A stretch of DNA of 64,000 nucleotides from Candidatus Latescibacterota bacterium (lineage in GTDB: Bacteria; Latescibacterota; UBA2968): NCBI GenBank assembly GCA_965116885.1, contig OZ220741.1, positions 3,584,001 to 3,648,000 on the forward strand, given 5' to 3'. Both the position numbers and the translations under genes were made by a program. Below, piece by piece: positions 9,176 through 19,879 of this stretch. The notes under the pieces are model-generated. The model was given only the letters and a program-made list of their open reading frames with translations. It was not told the DNA's origin and searched no databases. Position 1 is the stretch's first letter, and the number at the start of each line of letters is the position of its first letter.

Positions 9176-10591
9176 ATGGCACAGGCACAAGAACGACCAC
9201 ACATACTCATTCTCACGGCGGACCAGCTACGGGCGGATTCCATGGGTTGCGCCGGTCATCCGCGGGTCAAAACGCCGGTCATCGACTCGCTTGCCAACAC
9301 CGGCATGCGGTTCAGCAATTGCCACACCGTGTCACCGGTCTGCCAGCCGTCGCGGGTGTCGTTCATCACTGGCACCTACCCTCACAACCACGGCATCTGG
9401 TACAACCGCGGCGAACTGCCGATCAACTACCCGACGCTGTTCTCCCAATTGCGGGACGCTGGCTACCACACGGCAACCGTCGGCAAGTCGCACCTCTGGA
9501 GCCACAAGAAGGTGTCTCATTTGCGCGAAGGCGAGCCGTATCTGCAAGCGCTCGGTTTTGACGTCATCGACGAACTCGGAGGACCGCGGGGGAGTCTCAA
9601 CTCGGATTCGTACTTCACCGACTACCTGCGCGAGAAGGATCTGTTCGAACTGTTCGTCAGTGACACGCGCGAACGGGTTCGCGACCCAAAGCTCGTCAAA
9701 CCGGCGGCGTTTGAGGAGGACGATCACATGGACGGGTACGTGGGCAGGCGCTCGGTCGAGTTCGTCGATTCTGCGCCCGAGGACCGTCCGACCTGTCTGT
9801 TCGTCAACTTCCCCGGACCACATGATCCGTGGGACGCGCCAGGGAAGTACGCCACTATGTATGATCCGGCTGATTCGCCACCCGCCATTGGCGTGCCACC
9901 ACGCCCCGCCACGCTCCCCGACGAAGTCGCTCAGAAGGAGGACTTCAAGACGGAGCCGGGCCTGACTGCCGAAATCGCCGCTGCGATCCGGGCAAATTAC
10001 GATGGCAAGATCACATTCGTCGATCACTGGTGCGGTGAGATCCTTGCGGCGTATGAACGGCGCGGCTGGCTCGATGATCTCTGCGTCGTGTTCTGGTCCG
10101 ATCACGGCGAAATGACCGGCGATCACGGCAGGGTGTTCAAACGCACCTTTCACGAATCTGCATTGCGGGTCCCCCTGATCCTGCGCTGGCCCGGACGGAT
10201 ACCGTCCGGTACTGTCTGCGACGCACTGGTGGAAACCATCGACGTCGGTCCTGCCTTGCTGGAAGCCCTGGGGCTCGACCAGTTGCAGATGTCCCTTGGG
10301 CAGTCGCTGGGGCATCTGTTCGCGGAACCGACCGCACACCACCGCACCGAGGTGCTGTCAGAGATTTTTTACGGCGGTTCGCGCAATACGATGGTGAAAA
10401 CCGAACACTACAAGTACGTCATGGATCAGCACGGCAGGGGGTACATGTTGTACGACATGCAGCAGGACCCGGATGAACAGCACAATCTGATCGGCGATCC
10501 CGAGCATCGGAGTACGGAGAACGAGATGCGGGATACGCTGCTTCGCCGCCTCGCTGCCAGCGCGTTTGTCATGGACAGCGTAAACCTGTGA
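9176..10591 (+). CDS. Cys-type sulfatase
   Basis: RPHILILTADQLR, CQPSR, GKSH, FPGPHDPW, WSDHGEM. Confidence 0.92.
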   Translation: MAQAQERPHILILTADQLRADSMGCAGHPRVKTPVIDSLANTGMRFSNCHTVSPVCQPSRVSFITGTYPHNHGIWYNRGELPINYPTLFSQLRDAGYHTATVGKSHLWSHKKVSHLREGEPYLQALGFDVIDELGGPRGSLNSDSYFTDYLREKDLFELFVSDTRERVRDPKLVKPAAFEEDDHMDGYVGRRSVEFVDSAPEDRPTCLFVNFPGPHDPWDAPGKYATMYDPADSPPAIGVPPRPATLPDEVAQKEDFKTEPGLTAEIAAAIRANYDGKITFVDHWCGEILAAYERRGWLDDLCVVFWSDHGEMTGDHGRVFKRTFHESALRVPLILRWPGRIPSGTVCDALVETIDVGPALLEALGLDQLQMSLGQSLGHLFAEPTAHHRTEVLSEIFYGGSRNTMVKTEHYKYVMDQHGRGYMLYDMQQDPDEQHNLIGDPEHRSTENEMRDTLLRRLAASAFVMDSVNL

Positions 10592-10615
10592 AAACAGCCT
10601 CCGAGACCGGCACGT

Positions 10616-11542
10616 CTAATTAGCAACGACTCTCTGATCAGAAGTACGCGTTTCGCTATCTTCAGCCCCAAAAGCCGCGTTGTCTTCGTCGTAATACCTG
10701 TTGTATCGTATGTTATTCCCTCCGCTTACCCACACGGCGCGAAACAGCGTTTGTCGTTTTGGCGGCATTGTAGCAATCACTTCTTTGGGTACGCTGCGAC
10801 CGCCCCATCTGCTGTTTACGGCATTGTAGAGGTGGAACAAGCTCAACCGCTGGCGATTCTCGTTTGTCCACCGAGTACCGGTATGGCATAGTGCTTCTGT
10901 GAAGATCAGCGCAGAACCTGCAGGACACGTATATGTGTCCCAAATTTCGCTCTCGCGGGTGCTCAATGACTCAGGTCGTTGAAATGCTGCCTTGTGGCTG
11001 CCAGAAGCCAGCATGGTGCCCCCGTCGCCCGGTCCGATCTCATTCAATTCCCAAACCACGCGTGTCAATCCCGAATGCACCTTACCCGGAAGCATCTGGT
11101 AGATGTGTGAATTTCCGATGAGATTAAAATAGCCGCTGCCCCCGTGAGGCTTGAATTGATCGTATCCCACCTCGCGATAGTCCGTGCGTGTGCGCTCAAA
11201 TGTAAACCCATAACAGTCCTCGGTTGCCAACTGCTGACTTGCAACGATCTCATTCAAGATCCCGACAATCACGGGATGATCCAGCAGTGCTTGGGAAGGT
11301 CCTCCCACCGGATTCCGTTCTTCTGGCGGAAGCGACTCCGGCTCCTTAACGAGCTTCATCTGGTGTTCGTGGATCTCTGCCAACTGATCGCCTTCAACCA
11401 ATCCCGGCAGGCAAATCCAGCCCTTCATATCAAACAGGTACCTGTGCTCTTCGCTCATGGGAACGATAGGGAGTCCATCGGCATTGGTGGTCGGTAACAT
11501 TTTGCCCACATCAGGCTCCAGGTTTGGACGTCCTCGATTCAT
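10616..11542 (-). CDS. PhyH-family Fe(II)/2OG oxygenase (HxG variant)
   Basis: YLFDMKGW, PHGG, DGGTMLASGSHK, GSALIFTEALCH. Confidence 0.8.
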   Translation of the reverse strand: MNRGRPNLEPDVGKMLPTTNADGLPIVPMSEEHRYLFDMKGWICLPGLVEGDQLAEIHEHQMKLVKEPESLPPEERNPVGGPSQALLDHPVIVGILNEIVASQQLATEDCYGFTFERTRTDYREVGYDQFKPHGGSGYFNLIGNSHIYQMLPGKVHSGLTRVVWELNEIGPGDGGTMLASGSHKAAFQRPESLSTRESEIWDTYTCPAGSALIFTEALCHTGTRWTNENRQRLSLFHLYNAVNSRWGGRSVPKEVIATMPPKRQTLFRAVWVSGGNNIRYNRYYDEDNAAFGAEDSETRTSDQRVVAN

Positions 11543-11544
11543 AG

Positions 11545-12534
11545 CTAACTCCTTTCTTTTTTGGGTGAAAGCAGAAAATGGTCAAACCAGGCGACCATCT
11601 GCTCGAAGTACTCAACGAGAAAGCGATGATTGCCTTCGGGTTGATAGACTTTGAAACGATCGTCGTGTCCTGTTGAAGCATAGGCTTTTTGTACAACGGG
11701 TATAAGGGCATCGACGCCTTGACGCGGCATGTCTTCGTCCCGGGTGGGCGAGATCATCATAAAAGGTCGCGGGGGCATGCAGGTGGCTACGACGCGCGGA
11801 TGATCAAAATGACACAGGAAGTTGGGGATGTAGTAATAAGCACTGTGTCGTTCGTTGTCGCTCTGGTGAATGACGCTGGCCAGGCTGCCAAGGCCACCAC
11901 AGACAGTTACGCCTGCTGCGATCCAGGGTGCACACGCCATTGAATACCAGGTTGCGTTGCCGCCAAGCGACATGCCTGTCAGGCCAATGCGGCTTTTGTC
12001 AACGCCATTTGTCGCGCAAAGAATTCGAGCGGCTTTAAGTGTTTCTTCGACGAGAATGCCCATCTGACTTCGTCCATACGGAGATAGGAGCTTGTTCTCG
12101 GTTGCCCATTCTTCAATGCTGCGGCGCCTTCCTTCTGTGCCTTTGATCGAGATGGCCAGTGTCGCGAACCCTCGTCGCGCGAGTTCACGTCCCCAGCCAA
12201 TCAATGGACCATCGGGAGATTGATGGAAGTGTGGATGGGCGACCCGTTCTGCAGAACCGGATGTGCCAGAAATGCATACGATTCCCGGTCGCAATTTTTC
12301 AGTATGTCCAGGCGGTTCCATGAGGATGGCGGGAACGGTTTCGCACAGTGAGTTCTGATAGCTCAGATGGGTGACGCGAATGTCTTCGGTTTCTCGCGTT
12401 TCTGAGGTTGTGAAATCTACGTTGTCTGGGACTGCAGCCAGTCCCAGAAGCTCTATGAGCTTTGCGCGGATATCTGAGTCGGCAAGGTCAGATGTGAATG
12501 CTGGCTGGATGTCAGGTGGTATGATAGGTGACAT
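11545..12534 (-). CDS. Dienelactone hydrolase-like alpha/beta hydrolase
   Basis: GMSLGG nucleophile elbow, LARRGF, PPRPF, C-terminal GNH. Confidence 0.8.
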   Translation of the reverse strand: MSPIIPPDIQPAFTSDLADSDIRAKLIELLGLAAVPDNVDFTTSETRETEDIRVTHLSYQNSLCETVPAILMEPPGHTEKLRPGIVCISGTSGSAERVAHPHFHQSPDGPLIGWGRELARRGFATLAISIKGTEGRRRSIEEWATENKLLSPYGRSQMGILVEETLKAARILCATNGVDKSRIGLTGMSLGGNATWYSMACAPWIAAGVTVCGGLGSLASVIHQSDNERHSAYYYIPNFLCHFDHPRVVATCMPPRPFMMISPTRDEDMPRQGVDALIPVVQKAYASTGHDDRFKVYQPEGNHRFLVEYFEQMVAWFDHFLLSPKKERS

Positions 12535-12554
12535 ATCGAGAAACCTTTGTCATC

Positions 12555-14015
12555 TCACGGTTTTTGCACGACAAATTCCGGCCGTGGAATCATGCGTTCC
12601 GGATTCCGTTCGTAACCTCGTTTCCACAACTCCTCCACAAGCCTTCCACTTTTAGCCAGTTCTTCGCGAAGCGCCTGCTGGTCCGCCTTTGCCCTCTGAT
12701 CAATGGCTTCCGGGCAGCATACCTGGTATAGCATTCGCCGAAGCCGAGCCAGTTTCTGAGACGCATCGGGATGTTCCGCAAGATCTCGCATCTCCAAAGG
12801 ATCCTCTGCAAGGTCAAACAACATCGGTCTTTCCCCAACGCATTCCACATATTTATCTGAACCCGATCGAAGAGCAAAAGCGCTTCCCGGAAGGCCCGGC
12901 CCATGAAATTCACTGATCGCGAATTCGGGAAGCGCTGCATCCGGCTCGCCCCTCGTGGATCCCAGCAAGGATGTCCCCCGCATGTGTGTTGGCGAAGGCA
13001 ACGCCAGGGCTTCCGAGAATGTCTGGAAAAGATCGAGATGTGAAACAGGTGCAGGCTCAGATCCTCCTGACTCTATGCCGGGGCCAGCCACGATCATGGG
13101 GACGCGAATTGAATCCTCATACATCGATCCCATTCCGGAATTGCGATGTGCCCCCATGCTGCCACCGTGATCCGAAGCATAGGCGACCAGGGTCGAATCC
13201 CAGAGATTCTCGGTGTCTATGGCTTTGAGCACGCGCCCCACGTTGCGATCTGCCATCTCACAGATGCCGTGGTAGCCTACCAGACCACGGCGCAACTCTT
13301 CGGGTGTGCAAAGATCGCTGCACGTGTAACGAACAAAATCCCGGTGGAAGGGGTGCAGTCGAGAAACGGGTTCCGAATAGCGCTCGTCCAGGTCTTCGGT
13401 TCGCACCAGCGGATCGTAGTAATCCCATAGATCCTGCGGCGGATTCCATCCGGGATGGGGCTGTTTGATATTCACGATCAGGACCCAGGGGCGATCTTGC
13501 GGGCGTTCATTCATCAGCCACTGTACCGCTTCTTGCGCGACCTGCGCGTCGTGCTGGTGTTCCCCACGCCCACTTGCAGGACCCGCTTCCCGCAATCGAT
13601 GCAGGTGATGGTATCGGGGTTGCACACGGCCCTCTTCGAACAGCGTGTGTACGTCCAGACTCTCCCGTGCCTTGGCCAGGCGCATGTCTGCCACGCCAGC
13701 ATCACTGCCCGGTTTGTAATCGAGCTTGCCAATGGTCGTAAGCAGGACGCCATTTTCTGCAAAGTAATGCCCCCAGCCTCTGGGCACTCCCGAATAGGGA
13801 AACGCATTGTCCCAGGTAGAGATCTCGTGAACATACCGTCCTGCCATCATCGCTCCTCGCGAAGGCGCGCACAGAGGACTTGGGCAATAGGCACTGTCGA
13901 ATCTCTTTCCTCGTCTGGCGAGCGCATCGATGTGAGGCGTACGGGTAATGGAACTACCGTAACAACCGGAAAACTCAGGGTTGTGTCGATCGGTCATAAT
14001 ATAAACAACATTCAT
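12555..14015 (-). CDS. Sulfatase (choline-sulfatase-like)
   Basis: Start re-set to MNVVYIMTD with GAGGTG RBS; CAPSR, ASDHG, MYEDSIRVP, SEFHG. Confidence 0.9.
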   Translation of the reverse strand: MNVVYIMTDRHNPEFSGCYGSSITRTPHIDALARRGKRFDSAYCPSPLCAPSRGAMMAGRYVHEISTWDNAFPYSGVPRGWGHYFAENGVLLTTIGKLDYKPGSDAGVADMRLAKARESLDVHTLFEEGRVQPRYHHLHRLREAGPASGRGEHQHDAQVAQEAVQWLMNERPQDRPWVLIVNIKQPHPGWNPPQDLWDYYDPLVRTEDLDERYSEPVSRLHPFHRDFVRYTCSDLCTPEELRRGLVGYHGICEMADRNVGRVLKAIDTENLWDSTLVAYASDHGGSMGAHRNSGMGSMYEDSIRVPMIVAGPGIESGGSEPAPVSHLDLFQTFSEALALPSPTHMRGTSLLGSTRGEPDAALPEFAISEFHGPGLPGSAFALRSGSDKYVECVGERPMLFDLAEDPLEMRDLAEHPDASQKLARLRRMLYQVCCPEAIDQRAKADQQALREELAKSGRLVEELWKRGYERNPERMIPRPEFVVQKP

Positions 14016-14052
14016 CGAAGTCACCTCAGTGCACGTTGTCAATGGCGGCATC

Positions 14053-14871
14053 TTAAGGCGTTGGAACATATCCCAACTGATCGTTATATACCACAGCTTC
14101 GGAGAAGGTCTCGTGAAGGTGGTCGAGAACCATATCAATTTTACACCCGCACAAAGAGCTGGTATAGGGCATCTCGCCGGTACGCCGGAAAAATGCCCCG
14201 TTCTTTTCGTGAAAATCACCCCGCCGGTCCATGAACTGCCCCCAGTATCCCATCGTGTATCGCATCTCTGTCCTTTTCTCAGCGCTCTGAATCCAGGCGT
14301 CGGGAAACAGCATTTGAAACCGCGGTGCCGAATTCAACCAGCTGCCGCATCGAACCACTTTTACTTCCGGACGACGTACTTGCGAATCCCTGAGCAGCCT
14401 GATTAGCGATGCCGCAAACTGTATGTGCATATCGCTGAGGGGAGATTTTGGCTGGTAAACATTGGCAATATGAAGGCTCAACGCGTCCTCGTGCTTGTAG
14501 TCATAATTCCAACATTCGTGTGAACGATCGCCAGGTCCGGACTGTTCATTACCCAATTTGCGAATGCGCGCTTCCATAAGTGGCCAGAGGATCGCAAGTC
14601 CCATAGTCTCCACGGTTTCACTATCATTACCATACTTGTCAAAGATTTCTCCCAGTTGCTCTACAATGACGTTCCATTCGGGATCTTCATCTCCCGCTGC
14701 CGGATGGTGGTTGCCGTCGTAGCGTGAGGTATTCCGGTACAGATTGACTCGCACGTTAACAGTATCTTCCAGGTCTCCAGGGTTTTCCCGCAGCCGTTTG
14801 TTCGCGTACCAAAGGCTCAACCGGGTGAATTCCCGAACATAATGCACGCGAATCGGATCGAGATCAGACAT
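14053..14871 (-). CDS. Conserved hypothetical protein (GSWL...WGQF family, possibly GNAT-like)
   Basis: Homologous to 46068..46820 (LHIAN, VRCGSWL, LFP, WGQF). Confidence 0.7.
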   Translation of the reverse strand: MSDLDPIRVHYVREFTRLSLWYANKRLRENPGDLEDTVNVRVNLYRNTSRYDGNHHPAAGDEDPEWNVIVEQLGEIFDKYGNDSETVETMGLAILWPLMEARIRKLGNEQSGPGDRSHECWNYDYKHEDALSLHIANVYQPKSPLSDMHIQFAASLIRLLRDSQVRRPEVKVVRCGSWLNSAPRFQMLFPDAWIQSAEKRTEMRYTMGYWGQFMDRRGDFHEKNGAFFRRTGEMPYTSSLCGCKIDMVLDHLHETFSEAVVYNDQLGYVPTP

Positions 14872-14899
14872 TGATTCTACCCCCGTTGTTCGTCTTGCG

Positions 14900-17086
14900 T
14901 TAATCTTTTCCTCGGCCGGATTTTGCGCCATAATCCTGCCAGCCCCAATCCAGATGGATTCGGGGTATGGAAAACTCGTAATACCAGCGAATACTCACGG
15001 GTTCGTGTTGAGGTTCCAGGTATGCATAAAAAAGAGCAGATCGACCCGTCACTTCATCCAGCATCCCTGCAGGCGTGAGTTCCGACAACAGATTCGGATC
15101 CTCTTCCACTTCCAGGTAATGCAGCAAATCATTTGTATGGTTTTCGGCGTCGCTGGAACTCACCTGAACGGGTGTCTCATGTTCATTCCACCACGACAAG
15201 TCCGATGCTGGTTGAGATTCTCCGTCTGCCGCCTTTGCCCAGATCGGTGTACTCCAGGCAAACTCTCCATCGTTCTGGCGAAGCCGTATGTAGTAGGCAT
15301 TCTCTTTGAGCGGATGCTCGTCCACGTAAGTCAGATCGACGTCCAGCGTGTTCGGACGCCAGGTCTTCAAGCGTCGATCATTCCGGATGAGATCTACGCG
15401 CTGCACTGTTGAGCATGCGTGAGCTACCACACGAACGCTGGCTGGGCCTGAAAGCTGTATCTCGCTGCCAGCGGGATTGCCCCCCAGCGAAACCATCAGA
15501 ATGATTCGAGCCCCGGTCGTGGCAAAGGTTCGTCTTTCAGCGACAGCTTGCCAGATGGCCTTTCGTTCACAGCGAGTGGCCCACACACCTGCCAGAGGAC
15601 CCGACCCAAATCCGGTGTCGCGGATGTTGAGCACCTTGTTGAACCGACCCCGGAAGCAATGGGGAGCCATTGGGGCGCCCAGTGTGGGCAGATGGATATC
15701 TCCCGATCCGATAACGGCCGGTCGATAGCCGTACCTCAGTGCCTTCTGCAGGAGCCACTCAAAAGCACCGTGACCGCTGGCCACTTCCAGCAGTGGTTCG
15801 ACATTTGGCCGAAATGCGTTCCAATTTGGCGGTCCTCCTCCAACGTGGGATTCAAGAAGAACATCCTCCCGATCTCCGTAGGTTGCCAGCAGGGTTTCCA
15901 TCGACGAAAAGGTCGGCATGTACCCATCTACCATCTCCCGGAACACGACGTTTCGGTCTCCTCCGGAGCGCGTGTGAACTTCCGATGCCAGGAAGGGCAC
16001 ATATATTCCGGGCTCATCGTGATTGGTATATGCCTGTTGAAAGGCTTCCCACAGTTCAGGTTCGTCAGCCTGATCTGGTGGCGACATGGGACCCGGAGCC
16101 GCAAAATCCAGCCGTCCCACTTCGCGGGCTTGCCTGTGTCGGGCATCCGGATCCAACTTGAAGCTGGGCTCGTCCATCAGCGCCATGGACGTATCGCCCC
16201 AAGCGTGAGAGTGAAAGTCTCCCCAGAGCAGCCGGATGTCCGGAGACTTCTGGCAGAATATCGGATTGCTTCTGGCTCGGAGGTCTCCATCCCTCGCTTC
16301 GAGGCGATAAACGCCAGGGTGGCTAATCTGCACGTCCTCCAACCTCAGGATGCCGTTATGTACTGGCTCAAACACCGCTCGATCCGGCAGACCCGATACA
16401 TTGTCGGGGGCAGTTAACTGGACGACGCCCCGATATTGTTCACACACATTTCGATGGATATCGAAAGCGACCAGATTGAGGTGAAACGATTCGCCCTGTT
16501 CGACAATGGATGGTCCCAGGATTCGCAGCATATCTGCGGATGCTTCTGAAGTAATGCGAATCCGGATCTCTCCACCCGCGATGCTGACAAATTCACCACC
16601 GCCATTGCGATCTACGGCTGCCTCCAGTCGCGCCATTGTAGTCGAGTCATAAACTTCAGCACCTGGACCACCCCCACAGCGATCACCGATTCGCAATCTG
16701 ACCCAATCTCCCTTTTGAAGGGCCCCTTTCGACACGCGAATCCTCGCAACTTCGGGTTCGTGACCATGGTCGGAATTGACAGTCAGGTCCAGCTTGGCGT
16801 CAGAATTTGACGCCATTGTCACATAGTCGCGTCCCAGTGGGTTATTTAGCTGAGGGGCGTGGCCCATGAGGAATCCGCGGCGGAAGAAGCAGAATCCACC
16901 ACCATCCTGCACATCCGCTGCAGCAGTAAATGTGATCTCCCACGTGCCGACTTTCCCAGCCGGCAGATTGAATGTGGACCCCGATGCAACAGAACCATCT
17001 GCACCCCGAAACAGGACCTCAAATCCGTCGGGTTCATCCCCGGGAATCGAGGCATGGATCCACTCTATGCGAGCGTTTTTTGACAT
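14900..17086 (-). CDS. DUF3604-like PHP-fold metallohydrolase
   Basis: SNP..WGDFHSH, GGDRNV, EVASGHG, GSGDIH, RRTFATTGARI, YYIRLRQ..WSTPIW. Confidence 0.8.
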   Translation of the reverse strand: MSKNARIEWIHASIPGDEPDGFEVLFRGADGSVASGSTFNLPAGKVGTWEITFTAAADVQDGGGFCFFRRGFLMGHAPQLNNPLGRDYVTMASNSDAKLDLTVNSDHGHEPEVARIRVSKGALQKGDWVRLRIGDRCGGGPGAEVYDSTTMARLEAAVDRNGGGEFVSIAGGEIRIRITSEASADMLRILGPSIVEQGESFHLNLVAFDIHRNVCEQYRGVVQLTAPDNVSGLPDRAVFEPVHNGILRLEDVQISHPGVYRLEARDGDLRARSNPIFCQKSPDIRLLWGDFHSHAWGDTSMALMDEPSFKLDPDARHRQAREVGRLDFAAPGPMSPPDQADEPELWEAFQQAYTNHDEPGIYVPFLASEVHTRSGGDRNVVFREMVDGYMPTFSSMETLLATYGDREDVLLESHVGGGPPNWNAFRPNVEPLLEVASGHGAFEWLLQKALRYGYRPAVIGSGDIHLPTLGAPMAPHCFRGRFNKVLNIRDTGFGSGPLAGVWATRCERKAIWQAVAERRTFATTGARIILMVSLGGNPAGSEIQLSGPASVRVVAHACSTVQRVDLIRNDRRLKTWRPNTLDVDLTYVDEHPLKENAYYIRLRQNDGEFAWSTPIWAKAADGESQPASDLSWWNEHETPVQVSSSDAENHTNDLLHYLEVEEDPNLLSELTPAGMLDEVTGRSALFYAYLEPQHEPVSIRWYYEFSIPRIHLDWGWQDYGAKSGRGKD

Positions 17087-18366
17087 ACGGTATCATCCGT
17101 TAATTCAGAAAGCCGCGAACGGTTGTCATATATCTTCTGAAACGCCTCTGCCGTTTGTTCGACCCAGATCGGATCGGGATCTACAGGGGTAGATAGCCAG
17201 AAGCACGTGCTATGTATCCTTTCGCTGATCGGCAGGCTGCCCGGTCGATACGATTTCCTCGCGTTATCTGGAAGATATCCCCAGGGACCCCCAAGACCCT
17301 CGAATGAGAAATCGTTGAACAGTGACTCCAGATGCATCACACCATACCCGTAAGGCGTTATCTCCGGTTTTGTCCGCACCCCTTCGGCTACCAGCGCTTC
17401 CAGAACTTTCGACACGGGTACTCCATAGGCTTCGGGATCGACCAGACCCGCATACAACAGGAGACCGCCGCGGGTAGCCTTTGGATAGGCCTTCTGAGTC
17501 TCAACCCCCTCTACATTCTCGAGAAGCTCGTCCATTTGTGCAAACCACTTTCGGCGCTTTTCGTTGAGCTCTGAAAGGCGTTCGAGTCGTCCTCGAGCCA
17601 TCGCGATACCAAAAGGATTCGCCCTGTATTTGACGCCCAGGCCCATATTGTGCAATCCCTTAAACCGATCGGTTTTCCACGATCCCCCGCAACGACCGTA
17701 CTGTCCCAATGCCATCATCTGGTCGTAGAGATCATCGTCATCTGTCACCACCACCCCGGCCTCCAATCCCGTAACTGGCTTGCTGCCCTGCAGACTGAAG
17801 CATCCAATATGGCCAATGCCGCCCACTGGCTTGCCATCCCACAGAGCGCCGTGTGCGTGAGAGGCGTCTTCAATCAGCTTGATATCGGTTCCGGCGATCA
17901 GGTCCAGCAGTCCATCCATATCCGCCGGATTCCCATAGACGTGTGTGACGACAATCGCGCATGTTCTGCCTGTGATTCGTTGCTTTACATCTTCCGGATC
18001 CGCACAGAAGGTGTTCGGATCTACTTCGCAGAATACGGGTGTTGCGCCGCAGTGGAGGATGGGTGAAATCGTGGCATGCCAGGTGACTGATGGCACGATT
18101 ACTTCTTTGCCAACACTGGCACCCGCAGCAAAAATGGCCGAGTGCAAAGCTGCGGTTCCATTGCACGTACAGATCGCGTGCTGGGTCTTTACCAGTTTGC
18201 TGAAATCAGATTCGAAGAGCTCGAGATGTCGCCGGGCTGTCTTCGGATCGTCCAGTACCTCGTTCACGTACGACTTTTCAAGCGGCCCGATATTTTCCCA
18301 CCCATCTCCTACCGGAGCCGTAACGGCCTTTGGGCCTCCTTCAATTGCCAGAAGTGATTGTGCCAT
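17065..18366 (-). CDS. DegT/DnrJ/EryC1/StrS PLP-dependent aminotransferase
   Basis: NGTAALH, IEDASHAHG, FSLQGSK (PLP lysine), GVKYR. Confidence 0.92.
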   Translation of the reverse strand: MAQSLLAIEGGPKAVTAPVGDGWENIGPLEKSYVNEVLDDPKTARRHLELFESDFSKLVKTQHAICTCNGTAALHSAIFAAGASVGKEVIVPSVTWHATISPILHCGATPVFCEVDPNTFCADPEDVKQRITGRTCAIVVTHVYGNPADMDGLLDLIAGTDIKLIEDASHAHGALWDGKPVGGIGHIGCFSLQGSKPVTGLEAGVVVTDDDDLYDQMMALGQYGRCGGSWKTDRFKGLHNMGLGVKYRANPFGIAMARGRLERLSELNEKRRKWFAQMDELLENVEGVETQKAYPKATRGGLLLYAGLVDPEAYGVPVSKVLEALVAEGVRTKPEITPYGYGVMHLESLFNDFSFEGLGGPWGYLPDNARKSYRPGSLPISERIHSTCFWLSTPVDPDPIWVEQTAEAFQKIYDNRSRLSELTDDTVCQKTLA

Positions 18367-18424
18367 GGTATTCTCCTAATGTAATCTCTATCCTGGTTGA
18401 GATTTTTGAAATCAAAAAAGGTCC

Positions 18425-19804
18425 TTATCCGCCCAGTCCTCTATTCCATTTGTATAAAAGCCATTTGCTCAGCGCCTGCCCATCTCCAATTTGCCACGCC
18501 CAATCTTCGAGTTTCCCGAACAGCGTCCGCAGCACTTCTTCCAGCCCGGGTTCGCGGAACCTGTTGTTTATTTCGTCTGGATCAGAGGGACGATGATAGA
18601 GTTCCGGAGGTCGCTCTGAGTTGACGATCAGTTTCCATTCATTTGTTACAATACATCTTTCAAACATCGTAGGGTCGCTTTCCGGAGGACAGTAGAGACC
18701 ATCCTGACGATAGGGATGGTTCTGAATATAAACAGAATCGCGCCATGGACCTTTGCCAGAAAGCAGGAGTTCTCTCGCGCTGCGTCCGTGCAGGCCATCG
18801 GGAATGTCTAGCCCGCAGAGATCCAGGATGGTGGGCACCAGGTCTGCGTGACTGACGAGTTCGCTTCGGACTCCAGGTTTGATCTTTCCGATCCAGTAGA
18901 AGATCAGAGGAATTCTGCTCGCCGTGTCGTAGCAATTCCGTTTTGGCTGAGGATTCCATCGATAGACAAAATCATGTCCGTGGTCCGATGTATATACAAT
19001 TAAGGTGTTTTGCTCGAGGCCTAAAGCATTCAGGACATCCACCATCCGGCCAACGTTTTCATCAATTCTGTTAACCATTGCATAGTACGTGGGGTACTGG
19101 ACCTTTCCCTGAAATCGCTCGCAGTTTTCCCGGGGAGCGGTCCACGGTGTGTGCGGAGGCCGGAAAGATACGATCAAGCAGAACGGATTCTGGTGGTGTT
19201 CGCGAATAAACTGGATTCCGCGGTCGAACTCGAAGTCAACACGGTACTCGCCTGGTTCTTCACGACCAAAATCGGGAATTGCAGACTCGTGATTGTCGGG
19301 CACGGTCCATTTCTTCATGGGCTCTCCAATCCATTGTGATTCACTCCCGTCATGACCTTGCCAGACATCAAAGTAGTCCGGAGGAGGCTGGATCGGTCTT
19401 CCCGATACAGGTCGATCGAAAGGCTCAGGTGTCGGACCCAGATGCCATTTACCGACGTAGCCGGTGGTGTAACCCATATCGTGCAGGAGCCTCGGAAAAG
19501 ACGTTGTGTGGTCGGTCAAAGTCACATCGTTGTCCCAGACCTCAGTCTTGTGGGGAAATAGTCCCGTCAGGATTGAAGATCGGGCCGCGGAACAGAGAGG
19601 CTGGGTCACAAAAGCCGATTCAAAACAGGCACCTTCACTTGCCAGTCGGTCGATATGAGGAGAAATCGCATTCCGATTGCCGTAACATCCCAATGAATCA
19701 AACCTCTGTTGATCGGGAAGGATCAGGATGATGTTGGGAGGTCTCCCTTCTGTCTCACCTATATTTTTACCTCTGGTCCAATCGTCCGATTGCCGCTGAT
19801 CCAT
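18425..19804 (-). CDS. Sulfatase
   Basis: PPNIILILPDQQR, CSAAR, GKWHL, PPHTP, TSDHG. Confidence 0.92.
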   Translation of the reverse strand: MDQRQSDDWTRGKNIGETEGRPPNIILILPDQQRFDSLGCYGNRNAISPHIDRLASEGACFESAFVTQPLCSAARSSILTGLFPHKTEVWDNDVTLTDHTTSFPRLLHDMGYTTGYVGKWHLGPTPEPFDRPVSGRPIQPPPDYFDVWQGHDGSESQWIGEPMKKWTVPDNHESAIPDFGREEPGEYRVDFEFDRGIQFIREHHQNPFCLIVSFRPPHTPWTAPRENCERFQGKVQYPTYYAMVNRIDENVGRMVDVLNALGLEQNTLIVYTSDHGHDFVYRWNPQPKRNCYDTASRIPLIFYWIGKIKPGVRSELVSHADLVPTILDLCGLDIPDGLHGRSARELLLSGKGPWRDSVYIQNHPYRQDGLYCPPESDPTMFERCIVTNEWKLIVNSERPPELYHRPSDPDEINNRFREPGLEEVLRTLFGKLEDWAWQIGDGQALSKWLLYKWNRGLGG

Positions 19805-19879
19805 TTCCTATCTCCTGTTTTCCAATGCCAGAATTCGACCCGAGAGCCAGTCGGTCTGTTTTATACGCAGAGACTCAAG

